From positions 1-64,000 of the forward strand of contig JYFJ02001900.1 of the NCBI GenBank assembly GCA_000934665.2: a DNA stretch of 64,000 nucleotides, read 5' to 3'. Of this stretch, positions 27,601-40,900 are shown piece after piece. The number at the start of each line of letters is the position of its first letter. Positions within the stretch are counted from its first letter, which is position 1. The position numbers and the translations under genes are program-made. The notes beneath the pieces were generated by a model. The model saw nothing but the letters and a program-made list of their open reading frames with translations. It made no database searches and was not told the DNA's origin. The DNA comes from Catajapyx aquilonaris (lineage: Eukaryota).

Positions 27601-29823
27601 TTCCCAGTACTTAGCCAGAATAGGCCAATCACTGACGGAACGTGCCTGGCCACAATTGCACGTGGTAAAACGGCGCTGGACAAACGCAGCCGTCACTCCG
27701 GGTTGAGATAACACGTCATACAACCGATGCTCTTCTCATCTCTTTGTTTTTGGGCTGAACGTTGAACTGTGAGGTGCAGTCATTCATTCCACTGGACTGG
27801 CTGAACCCGCCTCTCCTGACCACTCAACCAGCAGCCTGTATATAAGGCCTTGAGGGTCTTTGCACAATATTGCAGTGCAAGCACTTCAGCTGGACGGTGT
27901 TGTACCTGTAAGGGAAGCTCTGCCGCAACCACGAGGGAAGGTGACCCATAGTCATCCGGTAGGTCACTCAACTACTAATTGCTAATAATTATTTCCATAC
28001 AAAAAATTGCAGTACTTTAATCAGTGAGCAGCTATTAGAAAGAAAGTAAAATAGCTCAGTAGCCTATTTGACAAAGCCCACATTTTACAAGGCGTTACAT
28101 ATTATTTTCCAAAAATTCGGAGCATCTGCAATCAACGAATTATCAGTTACTAGTAGGTTACTTGGTGTAAGCGTTAATTGCATTCTCATTATATCTTACG
28201 CATTACCATAAAACAGGGCATGGCTTCTGCTGAAAAACATGGTGCTAAGATAACGGGCAAGTGAAGTGTAAAAGAGCTGAAAACATATTCTCAGGGTGCA
28301 ACAAGGGTGCAAGGAACTATGGCAATACCCACTGAAGATTAGTGTCATGTTCGTCATTTGCATCGCGATCATCAAGCTCCTTTGATAACCCGATGTGTGT
28401 GTATGAAGTATGAACAAAGGGTGTTTCGGCTAAAAACCGCCCGACCACTCCTTAATATCACACTGTCCCAAGTAAGCAATAAGGCTTCACTTCCTGCAGA
28501 TAATGCATGTAGACATGAGCTAGTTTTAGTAATTTGCTTTGGTGCTCGACAAACTGGTGACTCAAGTAGAGTAAAAAAAAAAAGTGCGAGTCATTTAACG
28601 TGGAATGTTACAGATTCCAAGGGCAGCTCGACAACCGCGTGCCTGACAGCTATTATTATTTTGCTGGCAACGCATCACCGGACAATATTGTAAACAACAA
28701 ATGTTGCGATCGTGGAATGATATCCGCAGAGAGGCACGTTACCTTCCCCGAGAAATGCGGCTCGTTTCATAACCTGGCTCACATCCGCATTTCATAATCT
28801 CGTGGATGATAAAAATTTCCACTAGCCTCTGCCCCGTCATTTTCAAACAAAAATATTCGCCCTTTGGTTTGTATGACACCACTCAAAACCTGAACAGCCG
28901 TAATTGATTGTTGTTCTTTACAACTCTTGATTACCAGGCCGTGTGGAAATCGTCCGCGAGATTACCGATATGATTGTTAGCTAACTTATGAACCACACGG
29001 TATACCCTTGAAGGTGGTATAGTTTTCAAGGTTTCACTCCAACGGACGATAAACTACACAAGTGCGTCATACCTAGGGATTTGCGAGTCTATATACCGTG
29101 AAATTAACCTTCATGGCTAGTTCTCAGCAATTTGAAAAAAACTGTCCCGACCTGTATGTCACATTTCACGTAATGGCTCAGTGAATCCTCTTGTCACACC
29201 GGTCAAGGTCCATAATCATCATGCGAATCTTGGATACCCGTCATATCCCTCAAGAGAAGGCGATTTATAGTCTCTGCACAATGACAGTGATGAACCCAAA
29301 CGTCACTTGCTTAACCAATCGGCGTGAGAGTGTATAAGCAGCTTAAGTCCTGACCATGCACTCCTTTTTAAATGAAAAATGCCAGACAAGGTCAGTTACA
29401 CGGCCTTGTCAGTCATATACTCGGCAAACAATCCAGATTTCAAAGCGTGGCGCCGATGTCAAAACATCCCCACAATGCGACATCAAACAATATTTTTTTT
29501 AGGTATTAATATCCCCACGATGCGTGATGCATGGCTACCAAAACAACTGACAAGTGGATTACCCACATGTTGAAATGAAAAGGAAGCGCAGTTCACGCAC
29601 CTGGATGTTTTTTTTTGGCATCAACATTTCATGAAGCACGCCACCGTGTATAAAACTTGCATCGTAATCTAGTAATATCTGGTAGCAAATCTCGCATCTG
29701 GAAACACCTGACGTGTCGAAAGGGTTTGGAAACGTAACAACGATCATCATGCTCATCCTCTCCTTGCAGAAAATACGCAGCATCCACAACTACAAAAGAG
29801 GCTCTACGTAAAATAGCGTCAAG

Positions 29824-32800
29824 ATGGGGTTTGGATCCTTCGCGATTCTAGACTACGTGGTGTTCGTTGGAACAATTCTGCTTTCCCTGGCCATCGGGCT
29901 CTACTATGCCTTCGTGGTCAAGCAGAAGACCAACAAGGACTTCCTGGTTGGAGGCAGGCAGATGGGTGTGTTCCCCATCGCCATGTCTCTTCTAGCAACA
30001 TACATGTCAGCCGTACTCATATTGGGTAAGACCTCATTGCGATCTCACACAATGTTTGCTCCTGTACTCGATTCCACATGGCTTTCCAGCAAAATCACTT
30101 GTTTGTTGCAGTCATGGTAAAGAGCAAAAGTATAGCAGGGCATTTCCATGAATGACACTAATCCTGAATTTTATCGAAATATTTCATGTTTGCTGCCTGT
30201 AAGATCGGAGTGCTTTTCCCACACTCTTACGTATCACTCCGATTCACGCCTCTGTTCTCATGTCCTTCTCTCAGGTTATACGTCAGAGGTGTACAACTAC
30301 GGCACGTTACTCTCTGAAGTCATTATCAGCTTTACAGTCTGGGTTCCCTTAGGAAGCCTGGTTTTCCTGCCTACATTTTACAAGCTGAAGCTGACAAGCG
30401 TGTACGAGGTACGTAGTAGCATACGTTCATGCCGTGGGAAGAGGAAGTACTGAACGCTCTTATTTTTTCTTGCAGTATCTCGAGATCAGATTCAGATCCC
30501 CTTGGGTGAGATGGCTGGCGTCCCTCACCTTCATCGTCCAAATCATCCTGTACTTGGGCGTGGTGCTCTTCTCGCCGTCTCTAGCTCTGGACAGTGTCTT
30601 GGACTTCCCCATCTGGGCGTCCATCCTGTGCGTCGGAGGAAGCGCCACTATTTACACTTCCATGGTACTTTTGCTGGCTGGAGACAACACTATATGATTT
30701 CTGGATAGGATCAGTCAATCAAGACGCCTTGTTTGTTTCAGGGCGGTCTTCGAGCAGTGGTGTGGACTGATGTGTTCCAAGTCTTCATGTATCTGGCCGG
30801 GCTCGTTGCGGTGGTGATTAAAGGTAGCATGAACCTGGGGGGTCTGGACAAGGCCATCGAGATTGCCAACGACCATGGAAGAATCCAATTCTTCAAGTAA
30901 GTGGTGCCAGAAAAAGGGTTCGACCAATTGTATCCTGGCGTTATGCAACCATCAACACTTCGGAAAAGGTGGAGTGCTGATGGTTGCACAGCCACAGGAT
31001 AATTCAACACGTTACAGCAGATGCGACGTAACTTGAGATATTAGTTTTAGTTAGCCATTTTTTCGCACATATACGAGTATGCTCATTTTAAGCAGTTATT
31101 TTCAGAAACCAAAAAATTACATTCAGTAGAATAATTAGTTTCTTCCCATAGGGACAGCCAATTTCCATTTAATTACCGGCTACAAGTGAGACATGTTTAG
31201 ATAAGCACCCAAGTTCTGAAATATTTGCAACAATGCCATATTGAATAAGTCGGGAATCATCTTTGGCACAGCTTTAATCCGTTTGAGCCTCCTCTGCATC
31301 GTCTTGGTGCTCTTGCAGCGTCATGTCCGCTACGGATCGAGTGATCGCAATCTCCTGATCAAAGTCATCCTCTCTGATGGTATCATTTAGCATTTCCTGC
31401 TCTTTCGACACCTTTTCATCTACCTCTTTCCCAACAATGCTCGATATATCTTTGGACGACGACATTTCTCTCTCTTCGGCGTAATCAGTCACTTTTTCCA
31501 GATCGGCTGCCCAGCTGTCGTACTTGGGCAACTCGATTGTCTTTTCCTTCTGCGGCTCTCCATCCAGATCGTGATCCAGATGCTCGCTTTCGTCCGCCAT
31601 GCCGGATCTGTTGTCACAAAAAATAAGCATAATTCGTACAGTTTTGAAGTTATAGGAATGAGCATAAAAGATTGCAATAAACTGAGTTTAATGGTTGAAC
31701 CCAATTTAGTTCAGGCTAGAGCCTCCATCAAGGTTTTTTTTTAAATATGCCTATTCCACCTAATGTTAGCAGGCAATATTTTTGCTTGTCCTTAAATGTG
31801 ACTGTTAAGCAACTAGACACAGTTGAGAGCAAAAAAAAATCGCTAATTAATAATACGCATTGGAACACTTTGCATATTTAGTGAGTTCACAAATCGCTGA
31901 TTGCGCCTTCTCTTTCAGCTTCGACCCGAACCCGTTCAACAGACTGAACAGCCTGGCCATCTTCTTCGGGCAAGGTCTCCTCTGGTTGAGCTACTATGGC
32001 TGCCACCAGACTCAGGTCCAGCGTTACTGCAGCATGAGCTCGTTCAGAAACGCGTACAAGTGAGTGTTGTCTCCACCGTAATTTTTTGTTCCGAAATAAT
32101 CCCGTCACATGCCAACAGGGCTCTTCTTCTGAACGTCCCCCTCATTGCCTTCACCATGGGAATGGCAGTGCTGGCAGGCATCGTCATCTTCGCCAACTAC
32201 GCCACCTGCGACGTCGTCAGCATCGGGTTGATCAAGAGGGCTGACCAGATTGCGCCTTTCTTCGTCGTGGACAACCTCTCCGTCATTCCCGGAATGGTCG
32301 GCCTATTCGTCGCCTGCCTCTTCAGCGGAGCCCTCAGGTTAGTATCATTGCCTTAATTAACTATCAGCTATAGCAAATAACATGTGCATTTCCAGCACTG
32401 TCAGTTCTGGTGTCAACTCCTTGGCAGCAGTCACCTGGGAAGACTTTTTCCGCAAGATTGACTACTTCAAGAACATGGGCGAGGAAAGGCAGGCCAACAT
32501 AACCAAGCTCCTGGGTGAGTTTCACAAACTAATGATCTTGCAAGGGAGACATCCCATCTGTGTAATTAACACCTATATTACAGCCGTGGCATACGGGGCC
32601 ATATGCATATGCATGGCGTTCATGGCGCAGAATCTGGGAGGCATCCTATCGGCGGCCATAACCGTCAACGGATCGGTGGCAGGGCCTCTTCTCGGTGTCT
32701 TCACCCTGGGGTTCCTCCTGCCCTTCACCAACAAAGTGGTAAGCAGTTCTCAATAAAGAAGGAAGAGAACAATGAGTTAATTCCCCACCTTTCTGATCAG

Positions 32801-33684
32801 GGGGCCATAGTCGGAATGCTCCTTGGTCACTGCATGACCCTGTGGATCAGCGTCGGAGCCTTAATGCACGGTGATAAGCACCCCCAGCTCCCGTTCGAGG
32901 TCAGCGGCTGCCCTGACTACCTGGCCTCTCACAACCTGACCCACAGGGTCGCACCCACAGCTCTAGCTCTCAGCAACGGAACCACTTCGAGCTTACTAAG
33001 CACCACAACCACTGCATCGCTGGTGGAAGATGAGTAAGTCTACTTTTCAAATAGGGAATTTTCTCGCGCACAAAATTCATGACGCTATCGTAACGTAGTT
33101 TCGGCTCAACTCGCCAGATGGCAGGAGATGCCGGGGTGCGCACATTGTACCCAAGTTTAAATTACGTCAGCATGACCAAATGTACAATACATGTTTGTTT
33201 TGTCTAGTGTGTGTGCACGATCTGGTGATTTCAACATTTTCTAATTACACTGTGTTATCCGCAGCGATGGGTTCGCTACACTGTACAGCGTATCATTTCT
33301 GCTATACCCATTCGTCGGTTGGATAGTCACCGTTTTCGTGGGAATTGTCGTCAGTCTGTTCACAGGTAAATGGTCGCAATATTTTGTTTGCAAACAGCAT
33401 TGATAACCTGGCTTTTCCTGTTAGTCACAAACATGTTGGTTGGAGGGTACAACATTTTGGCTACTTATCAACGGTTTCATTCAACAGGTCCCATGACTAT
33501 GGACAGCGACATGGAAGCGTACGTCTTCCCTCCAGTGGTGAAGATGATACACTACCTCAGGAGAAGAAAGTACTCCGTCTCTGACCTGCCCATGAACCAC
33601 TACGACAACGAAACCTTCACAATGAGCAAGGAAAAGGGCCTGGAGGCGACCAGCTACGGCTCCAACGGCCACATCAAACAGTGA
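29824..33684 (+). CDS. SLC5 symporter (SMCT-like), paralog 5, the most canonical copy; 11 exons: 29824-30025, 30275-30408, 30476-30664, 30742-30896, 31919-32059, 32119-32337, 32396-32514, 32584-32738, 32801-33033, 33265-33365, 33488-33684
   Basis: Open spliced frame. Motifs GGLRAVVWTDVFQ, WLSYYGCHQTQVQRYCS, LFSGALS|TVSSGVNSLAAVTWEDF, GPLLGVFTLG. Confidence 0.93.
31274..31600 (-). CDS. HYPK: Huntingtin-interacting protein K (HYPK)-like, intronless diverged copy (108 aa), nested antisense in intron 4 of SLC5 paralog 5; functional retrogene or young pseudogene
   Basis: MADESEHL...KYDSWAADLEKVTDYAEEREMSS matches the HYPK hallmark KHDSGAADLERVTDYAEEKEI. The C-terminus EIAITRSVADMTLQEHQDDAEEA resembles the HYPK UBA-like EMEISRAAAERSLREH.G.VVEA. 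ATG at 31600 is preceded on the minus strand by a ttttttgtgacaacag acceptor-like site. Confidence 0.8.
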   Translation of the reverse strand: MADESEHLDHDLDGEPQKEKTIELPKYDSWAADLEKVTDYAEEREMSSSKDISSIVGKEVDEKVSKEQEMLNDTIREDDFDQEIAITRSVADMTLQEHQDDAEEAQTD

Positions 33685-34982
33685 CCTTTTGTTGAATATT
33701 TCGCGGGGACTTCCATGAGAAGCAGCAAAGACACGTGTCGCAACACTGCTGTGGTCCAAAGAGCACTGCAAAATTTACCTAGTCAGCAACGCACCTGTGG
33801 CCTTAGTGACACTTTGACTACTTACAAAGTCATTCTGCCCGTATTTGCGAGGTGAAAGTTCTGCAAACACAAGGTGATTGAGCTAAATTTTTCCGAGCTT
33901 TTCGTCAATTAATGACGCAAATGCAGGGAACCACTTTTCGATCTTTTAACGGCATAAGAAAGGACATCTTTAATTTTGGCAAAGACGAAAGCTCGACAGA
34001 TGGATGATGGTTTTAAAGGAAGGGTCAACCTTTGAAGATCAACCTGCCATTTTGAACCCCCCTGTAGGACCAGCAATGCAGGGTGGTAAAATTTCCCACC
34101 ATATGTCTTATGCGATGTCCTTTTAAGTAAATAAAAAGATAATTTTGAAATTTGCATATATTTTTCCTCTACTTATACACTCGTTTTGGCTCAGAGAAAT
34201 CACTGACTGCCGGATTCCATATGGATTCTTAGTGCATAATGAAGTCTACAATACGTCACATGATTTTTAAGTGCTGGGATAGCCATTGTATTACGTGTTC
34301 TATCACTAAGATAAGGCTATCGGATACTTTATGCAAAGTGCAGTTCAGATAAAGAATCCGTAGTAGAGTTGACAGCTAAAATAATATTACAAGCAACGAG
34401 GTAATAAGTGGGTGTATATTGTGATGTATGCAAGTCCACATACGCAGGCGGATAAGGTAATATATAATATTTACTCCGGCAATCATTATACTATATTAAA
34501 TAGAATAACAATCCCAACTCTGAGACACGTGTGCATGGTGCGACCAGACCACCTTGTGTCGCATAAATTCCTGCACCTGCTACTCACCATTTCCCGCCCG
34601 ATATATTGATCAGTCACATTTCCATGTAAATCCCGATAACCCAAGCCCCTTTCATATATAAGTTCGTGCAGCTATGTGCAACCGAGGGCTCGTGTTATTT
34701 GCTGCGCCCTGGCGCCAGCCGGCAGAAACCGCTTCAAAGGCAATGCCACCACCTACCCAACCCTGAATCGCATTAGTCACCCATCAAGCAGCTTTCCACA
34801 CCAGAAGTGTACACATTCATCCGAGTATGGGTCAGGCCCAGTGAAATCCAACCCCGGGGCATCATTTCTCCCAACAACAAACACCAGCAGGAAGGTTCAA
34901 GGCCCAGCTTTTTTCTCCCCCCACCTGCCCCACCAACCCCAACAACACTCTTGGCCTACTCCTGGTCCATTCATTCGGAGCC

Positions 34983-37900
34983 ATGGGTACCTCCAGGAGC
35001 GACATATCCATCCCGGACTACGTGCTGTTCTTCGGAACACTGGCCTTCTCTGTGCTGATCGGCATCTACCATGCGGTGTTCAAGAAGCAGAAGAGCAACG
35101 CAGAGTTCCTGGTCGGGAAGAGAACCATGACCCTGGTGCCCGTCTCCTTGTCGCTCATGGCCACCACACTCTCTGGCATCTCCATCCTAGGTACGTCACC
35201 AACCTGCTGGACCTCTCTTGACCCAGTGCCAATTGCATGCATGCGTAGGAGGAGAAGCAGGTGAAAATGAGTCCCGCACTTGCAGGGACTCTCTCTTAAC
35301 AGGCCAGGCTGTGGGTCAACCCGCCATGCAAAGCATGTCACGTTTTATCAATAGGAAGAGGCATCTCTCTAGTCGTAAACAGCTGGCAGGAATAATGCCA
35401 AAAAAACATATCTGCTGCAACTCTAACAATGTCGCTGGACAACTGCCATACCAGAGACCCCGTTACAGGGGAAGGATCTGGCTCAAATATTTCCAAACTT
35501 ATATATACAGGGTGGTGTATTTGCTCAAGTCTACATCAGTAGACTGTGTACGTCAAACGTGGAATTCACAATCCTAAATGTTCGCATATAGAGAAAGGCG
35601 GAACCTGTCTATGACGAAAGAAGCAGGGAAAAAAACCCGTCCATTATAGATCATTTTGTTTGGTCCCAGTGTTTGTCGTGCATTTCTGGTCGCTCATTTA
35701 CGGAAAACAGGTTCAGTAATTAAACAATCAATCAGCAATTCCGACAAGACCGGTTTCGCTGTAACATTTTTTTTTAAACTTAGAAACTTAAGTAACAATT
35801 GCTCTGAACGCATTACTTAACAGTCTTTTTTTTTAAATCTGGCCATTCAAAATATTCAAAGTTAACAAAAATTACTTTCTCATAATAAAATGATCGAACA
35901 TGCAATTAGCAAACCTTCATATTGAATTTTTAAAATATGTTCGAAGGAAGTTAACCATCCAGCGAACACCGGGTATAGTCTGTATACTGCACGTAATGGC
36001 ATGATACCTTGTAACAATAATTTCCTTCACTCATATTCATCGTTAAGAGTTTCTGCTTAATGACATGCTGTTTTTTGCACAATATAGCCGGCTGCCTGAC
36101 TTGCACAACTCAGCAAAAAAAAAAAAAAATTAAGTGAGGCGAACTGTTAGATAAGTTTTCAAGGTCGGCAATCAGCTGTTAGTCCAGGGTCAAGTCGACG
36201 TGGTAATTGCGAATGTATACACATGCGAGCGCAATTTCCTTGCTAAAATATACCCATCCGGTAAAAAAACAAGTATAATCAATTTCATTCTCGTTTTAGG
36301 TTTTCCGGCCGAGGTTTACGCCTACGGAACACTTATAACGGAGTCTGCCTTCGCAGCCTTCGTTTTCGTCCCAGTCTGCGGATTCATATTCCTGCCGACC
36401 CTGTACAATATACAAATAACGACTGTTTTCGACGTAAGTCACTTACAATGTCCCCTGCCGCCAATACAACATTGTTATCAATAGAAACGGTACCATTCCA
36501 CCTGGTAATTAAGTGGTATGTCGTACCTTCTGACATTCCATTATCGCAATGCAATCGCTCATGTAATGCAAGGGCACTTGACATTAATCAGATTACTTAC
36601 CGTTGATGTCTTCACTGGGCAATGTGCGTGGTGTCACTTTCGGCACCTGAAAAAAAAAATTACAAATTTAAATTATCCCTACTTTTTATATACTCCACGG
36701 GCAGCCATAAACATTAAGATTTACAGCAGAACAATTCCCAGTAAAACAATACTGCACTGCACGTGAATTCATTACTCATCTTATCATGATTTCATGCTGT
36801 TTTACGAAGGACGCCTGGTTGGTATGATAAGCAGTGCACAATTATTAGTTGCATATAATGTTTATAAACCACAGTATATTACAGCAGACATTTTATTAGA
36901 TGGCATGGTTCGCAGCTCTATATAGTCTGATGGTCTACTGTCTTTCTTGGCTAAAAATATGCGCCAGCTATCTCCGTAATCAAAATAGTGATAACGTGAT
37001 TTTCCCTTTTCGATATAAGGTACATCTATAGTGTGGTTTTACGGGTGAAAAGTGTGTGGTTATCAGTCATTTAATTTTTTATAGTCTCCGAAACGCCATA
37101 ACCGTGAATATTATCATTTTAACTTGATGAGATGCAATGGAGCCCATCAATACAGCAAGTTGCACTTTCATTTTGTGAACATAATTTGCCAATATTTTAG
37201 CACGCAAATAAGCATAATCTGTCGATTCCATGACACAATAAATATCACATACAGTCTATAGCTGCTTTCCAATACTTACGTAAATCCTATAATTTTTAAA
37301 AAAATATATATGCCACACACATGCAATATTCTTTTCCGATTCTTAAATCACGCAAGCTAACAATTAACACGCAATTTATGCAACTGCTCGTCTCTGAGAA
37401 CTGCACAACCCTACATAGCACAGAATCTGGTGACATCATGGACTGCAGGTGGTGGCATATATGCAACAAACAATGACAGAACTCCCAGCAGGTGTACAGG
37501 CATCCCGATAACAATTGGAAGCATGCAAAACTAATTTATGATCCCTTGAGACTGTGCAGTATTATGGCATGCATTACGCTTACCATGTAATAATTAGGTA
37601 CCATAAACACATAATTTTATACTTTACCGCAAATTAGATATCGATGCCTTCGAAATAACTTCATGCAGAATTTCATTCATATAATTTCGCCACAACTGAC
37701 CACAGCCATCATATCAAACATGATTTTCACTCCCTGAAATGTTTTCCCGAAAGTCCGCTATATAATTATCTAGACAGGTTTCATTGCATTACTTGACAGA
37801 CATATAAGCAAATAATTCCGAATAAGTCGCTACCACCATCACCATGTTGTTAAGTTACACTGCTTTTTGCAAATGTATCTGCAGCACATCATTACGAGAT

Positions 37901-40900
37901 TGCCGGGATTTTTTTCCACGTGCATGGGAGCAAAATTTCACTGCAAGAAAGTACCAAGGGCACGTAATGTTTTCAGTAATTAATCACTAGAAATATGACC
38001 AGAGCATACATTAAATTAATGTGGAAGGAATCACTTCTAAAAATAGACTTTCGGTATTTCAATCTATCGGCCACAGCTGCACAGGACAATCACCTCGTAA
38101 GGCAGAGTTAATATTGACTTGCACAAAAGGAGCCGAATTGGAGCCATTGTGTGTTGGTTGGTCATTAAATTCCCCAGAGTTATGACCTCAGTGCAGCATT
38201 AGCATTAATGAAACCAGGGCGTGATCGTGGCTTAACTAATCGTTGCTAAATGGCAGCAAACAAGCTTGAAAGTACTGACAGTCTGGGTAGAAAGAGTGTT
38301 ACTCAAAATATTGGGTCACTGACATTTGGGTAATATTTGAGTCAACGTATTGCAAGTGATGCTAATCAACATCGGTTGGGTCACTATACACTACTTCACT
38401 CCCTCATTATTTGATCAAAAATTTTGCTGGTGGATGAACATTTCTGTCCTATGACCATAATTATTGTGGACCATAATTTGTTTTGACCAATCCAAATTTT
38501 GTGTTGACATTATCACATGAAATTAACAAGCTGTACAAAAGCAAAACAGGTAATAATATATCCACCCTGCATATCCATGAGATACCTATGTTCATTTACA
38601 TACACCTGATCACCACATGTTCTCATGAACTCTGACATCATCGCATGACATTGATATGGGTGCTGTGAATCATGGAGGGTGGAGTCCCTACACAAGCATT
38701 TAAAAAAAAGTCCATAAAGGATTGATGTACTAATTTGCAGAATATTATTAGACATGTGCAGTGTAGTGCATGTTGATCTTCAAGTATGACTTCTTCTGCA
38801 ACACTCCGCTGACATTATTTTCTCTTCCAGTACCTCACCTTGCGGTTCAGATCACGAGTCCTTACAATCATACAAACAGCAGTGTTCATATTAACATCGG
38901 TGTTGTACTTGGGAGTGGTCCTGTTTGCTCCTTCCTTGGCTCTGAGTGCAGTGGTCGACATACCAGTCAGTGTGGCCATCGTGCTGATTGGAGGCTGCGT
39001 CACCCTCTACAGCACTGTGGTAGATTTTTCATCCTTCTCTTTGCATGCAAGTAATATACTTAAATATATGTAATAATGCATTTTTGTTTGCAGGGAGGAT
39101 TCCAGGCAGTGATGTGGATCGAGTCATTCCAGGCTATGGTGATGCTCGTAGGCCTAGTTGCCACCGTCATTAAAGGCACCATTGATCTTGGGGGACTCAA
39201 CCATGCACTCGAAATTGCTGACCAATATGGACACCACCACTTTCTAGAGTGAGTCTTAATAATTGGCCTGTGAATCTTTCCAGAGCAGATACTTTGATTG
39301 CCTTTGACCATTACAGTGACTTTTGCCTTGCCACATGATCCTCAGTAGAATACAAACAATTCCAGCTTCTCACCATCACCATTCCTACGTCATACGAGCC
39401 TCAGCATCTTCTTCGGACAGGGACTCTACTGGGGAGGTGTCTACGCATCCAATGTGGGTCACGTCAATCGCTTCCGCAGCATCAGATCATACGGAGAGAT
39501 GAAGATGACGGTCCTTGCCAGTGCTGTTGTCCTCTCCCTGGTCATCCTCCTAGCCTGCCTTTGTGGACTGGTCATCTTCGCCACCTACGCTGGATGTGAT
39601 CCACTTCTCCTGGGTCGCATTGCAAGGCCAGATCAGTGTCTTCCTTACTATGTGGAAGACCAACTCAGGGTCTTGCCAGGTCTAATGGGACTTTTCTTTG
39701 CCGCTCTATTCAGCGGTACACTAGGGTAAGAGCCCAGAACCTCTTTCCGCAGCAAACAACAAAATAACAAAACTTGCACATCAATTAGGGCCTGCTCAGG
39801 TGTCCTGAACGCAATCACTACCAGCATATGGGTTGACTTCCTGAAGCCTCTGCGGATGTTCCAAAATCTGAGTAACACAAAGGAGACGTATGCCATGAAA
39901 GCAGTAGGTGAGTCATACTCATTGAATGCTTTAAGCTCTTGTAACCATTTTTTCTTTCCCCGGCCACAGTTCTTCTGATGGGATGTGTCGCTGTGTCCTT
40001 TGCCATGGTGGCAGGATATCTTGGGAATGTCCTCAAAGCCTCGATGCTAGTGGTGGGAGCTCTGGCCATGCCAATGACAGCAACAATTGCCTTCGGTATC
40101 TTGATCCCATTCGGTAATAAGAAGGTCAGTACGCCATGAAAGTGCGTCATGCAGTGGTAAAACAACATCTGCTTTTCAATAAGACATTACATTGCATTTC
40201 TGCTACGTGTAGGCTTATCGATAAGCAAAATTTTTGTCAAGTGACGTATGTCCACATAACCTTGAATCTGAATATCATATAGATCCATTTTTAAAAATTC
40301 AACCTAACTGAAGTGAAACCTGCCTGTCATGGATGTAGCAAAAACCTGACTATTGCATAAAATAATTGAGCCTTTCTAGCAATGAGACAGGGTTTTCCTC
40401 TTAAAATGTGCAAGGGCAGTGTAGGGCTTTTTGCACAATGGCATCATCACTGATTACGACAATACACTGGCTGTGTGATAAATGAATAGGCTTGACATAA
40501 CATAACAATTCAGCATGTTTTGATCCGCGTTCTAAATTAACTTCAAGGTTATTGTTACTTCCCTGCAAATTACAGGGAAAGGATTGTTGCAATATAGCGG
40601 TGCCTGTTACAAGTGTTTGCATCATTGGTGATTAACACTTGCAAATTCTCTATGTCATTGAATGCGTAAAGCGCAGGTCCATGCCATATAAACACCGGCT
40701 CTTCCCTTCCAGCCATGAGAAAGCTGCTCATAGCAATACCATCTCAATACATGCACAGAAGTCTATTCCAGGGAGCCTTCAGCGGCTACTTTGCAAGTTT
40801 AGCCATACTGATCTGGCTGGCTGCAGGATCAGTGTTTACAGGCAGACCTTCTCCCTATCTGCCATCCAGCATCGATAGCTGCCCTGTCACTAATCAGACG

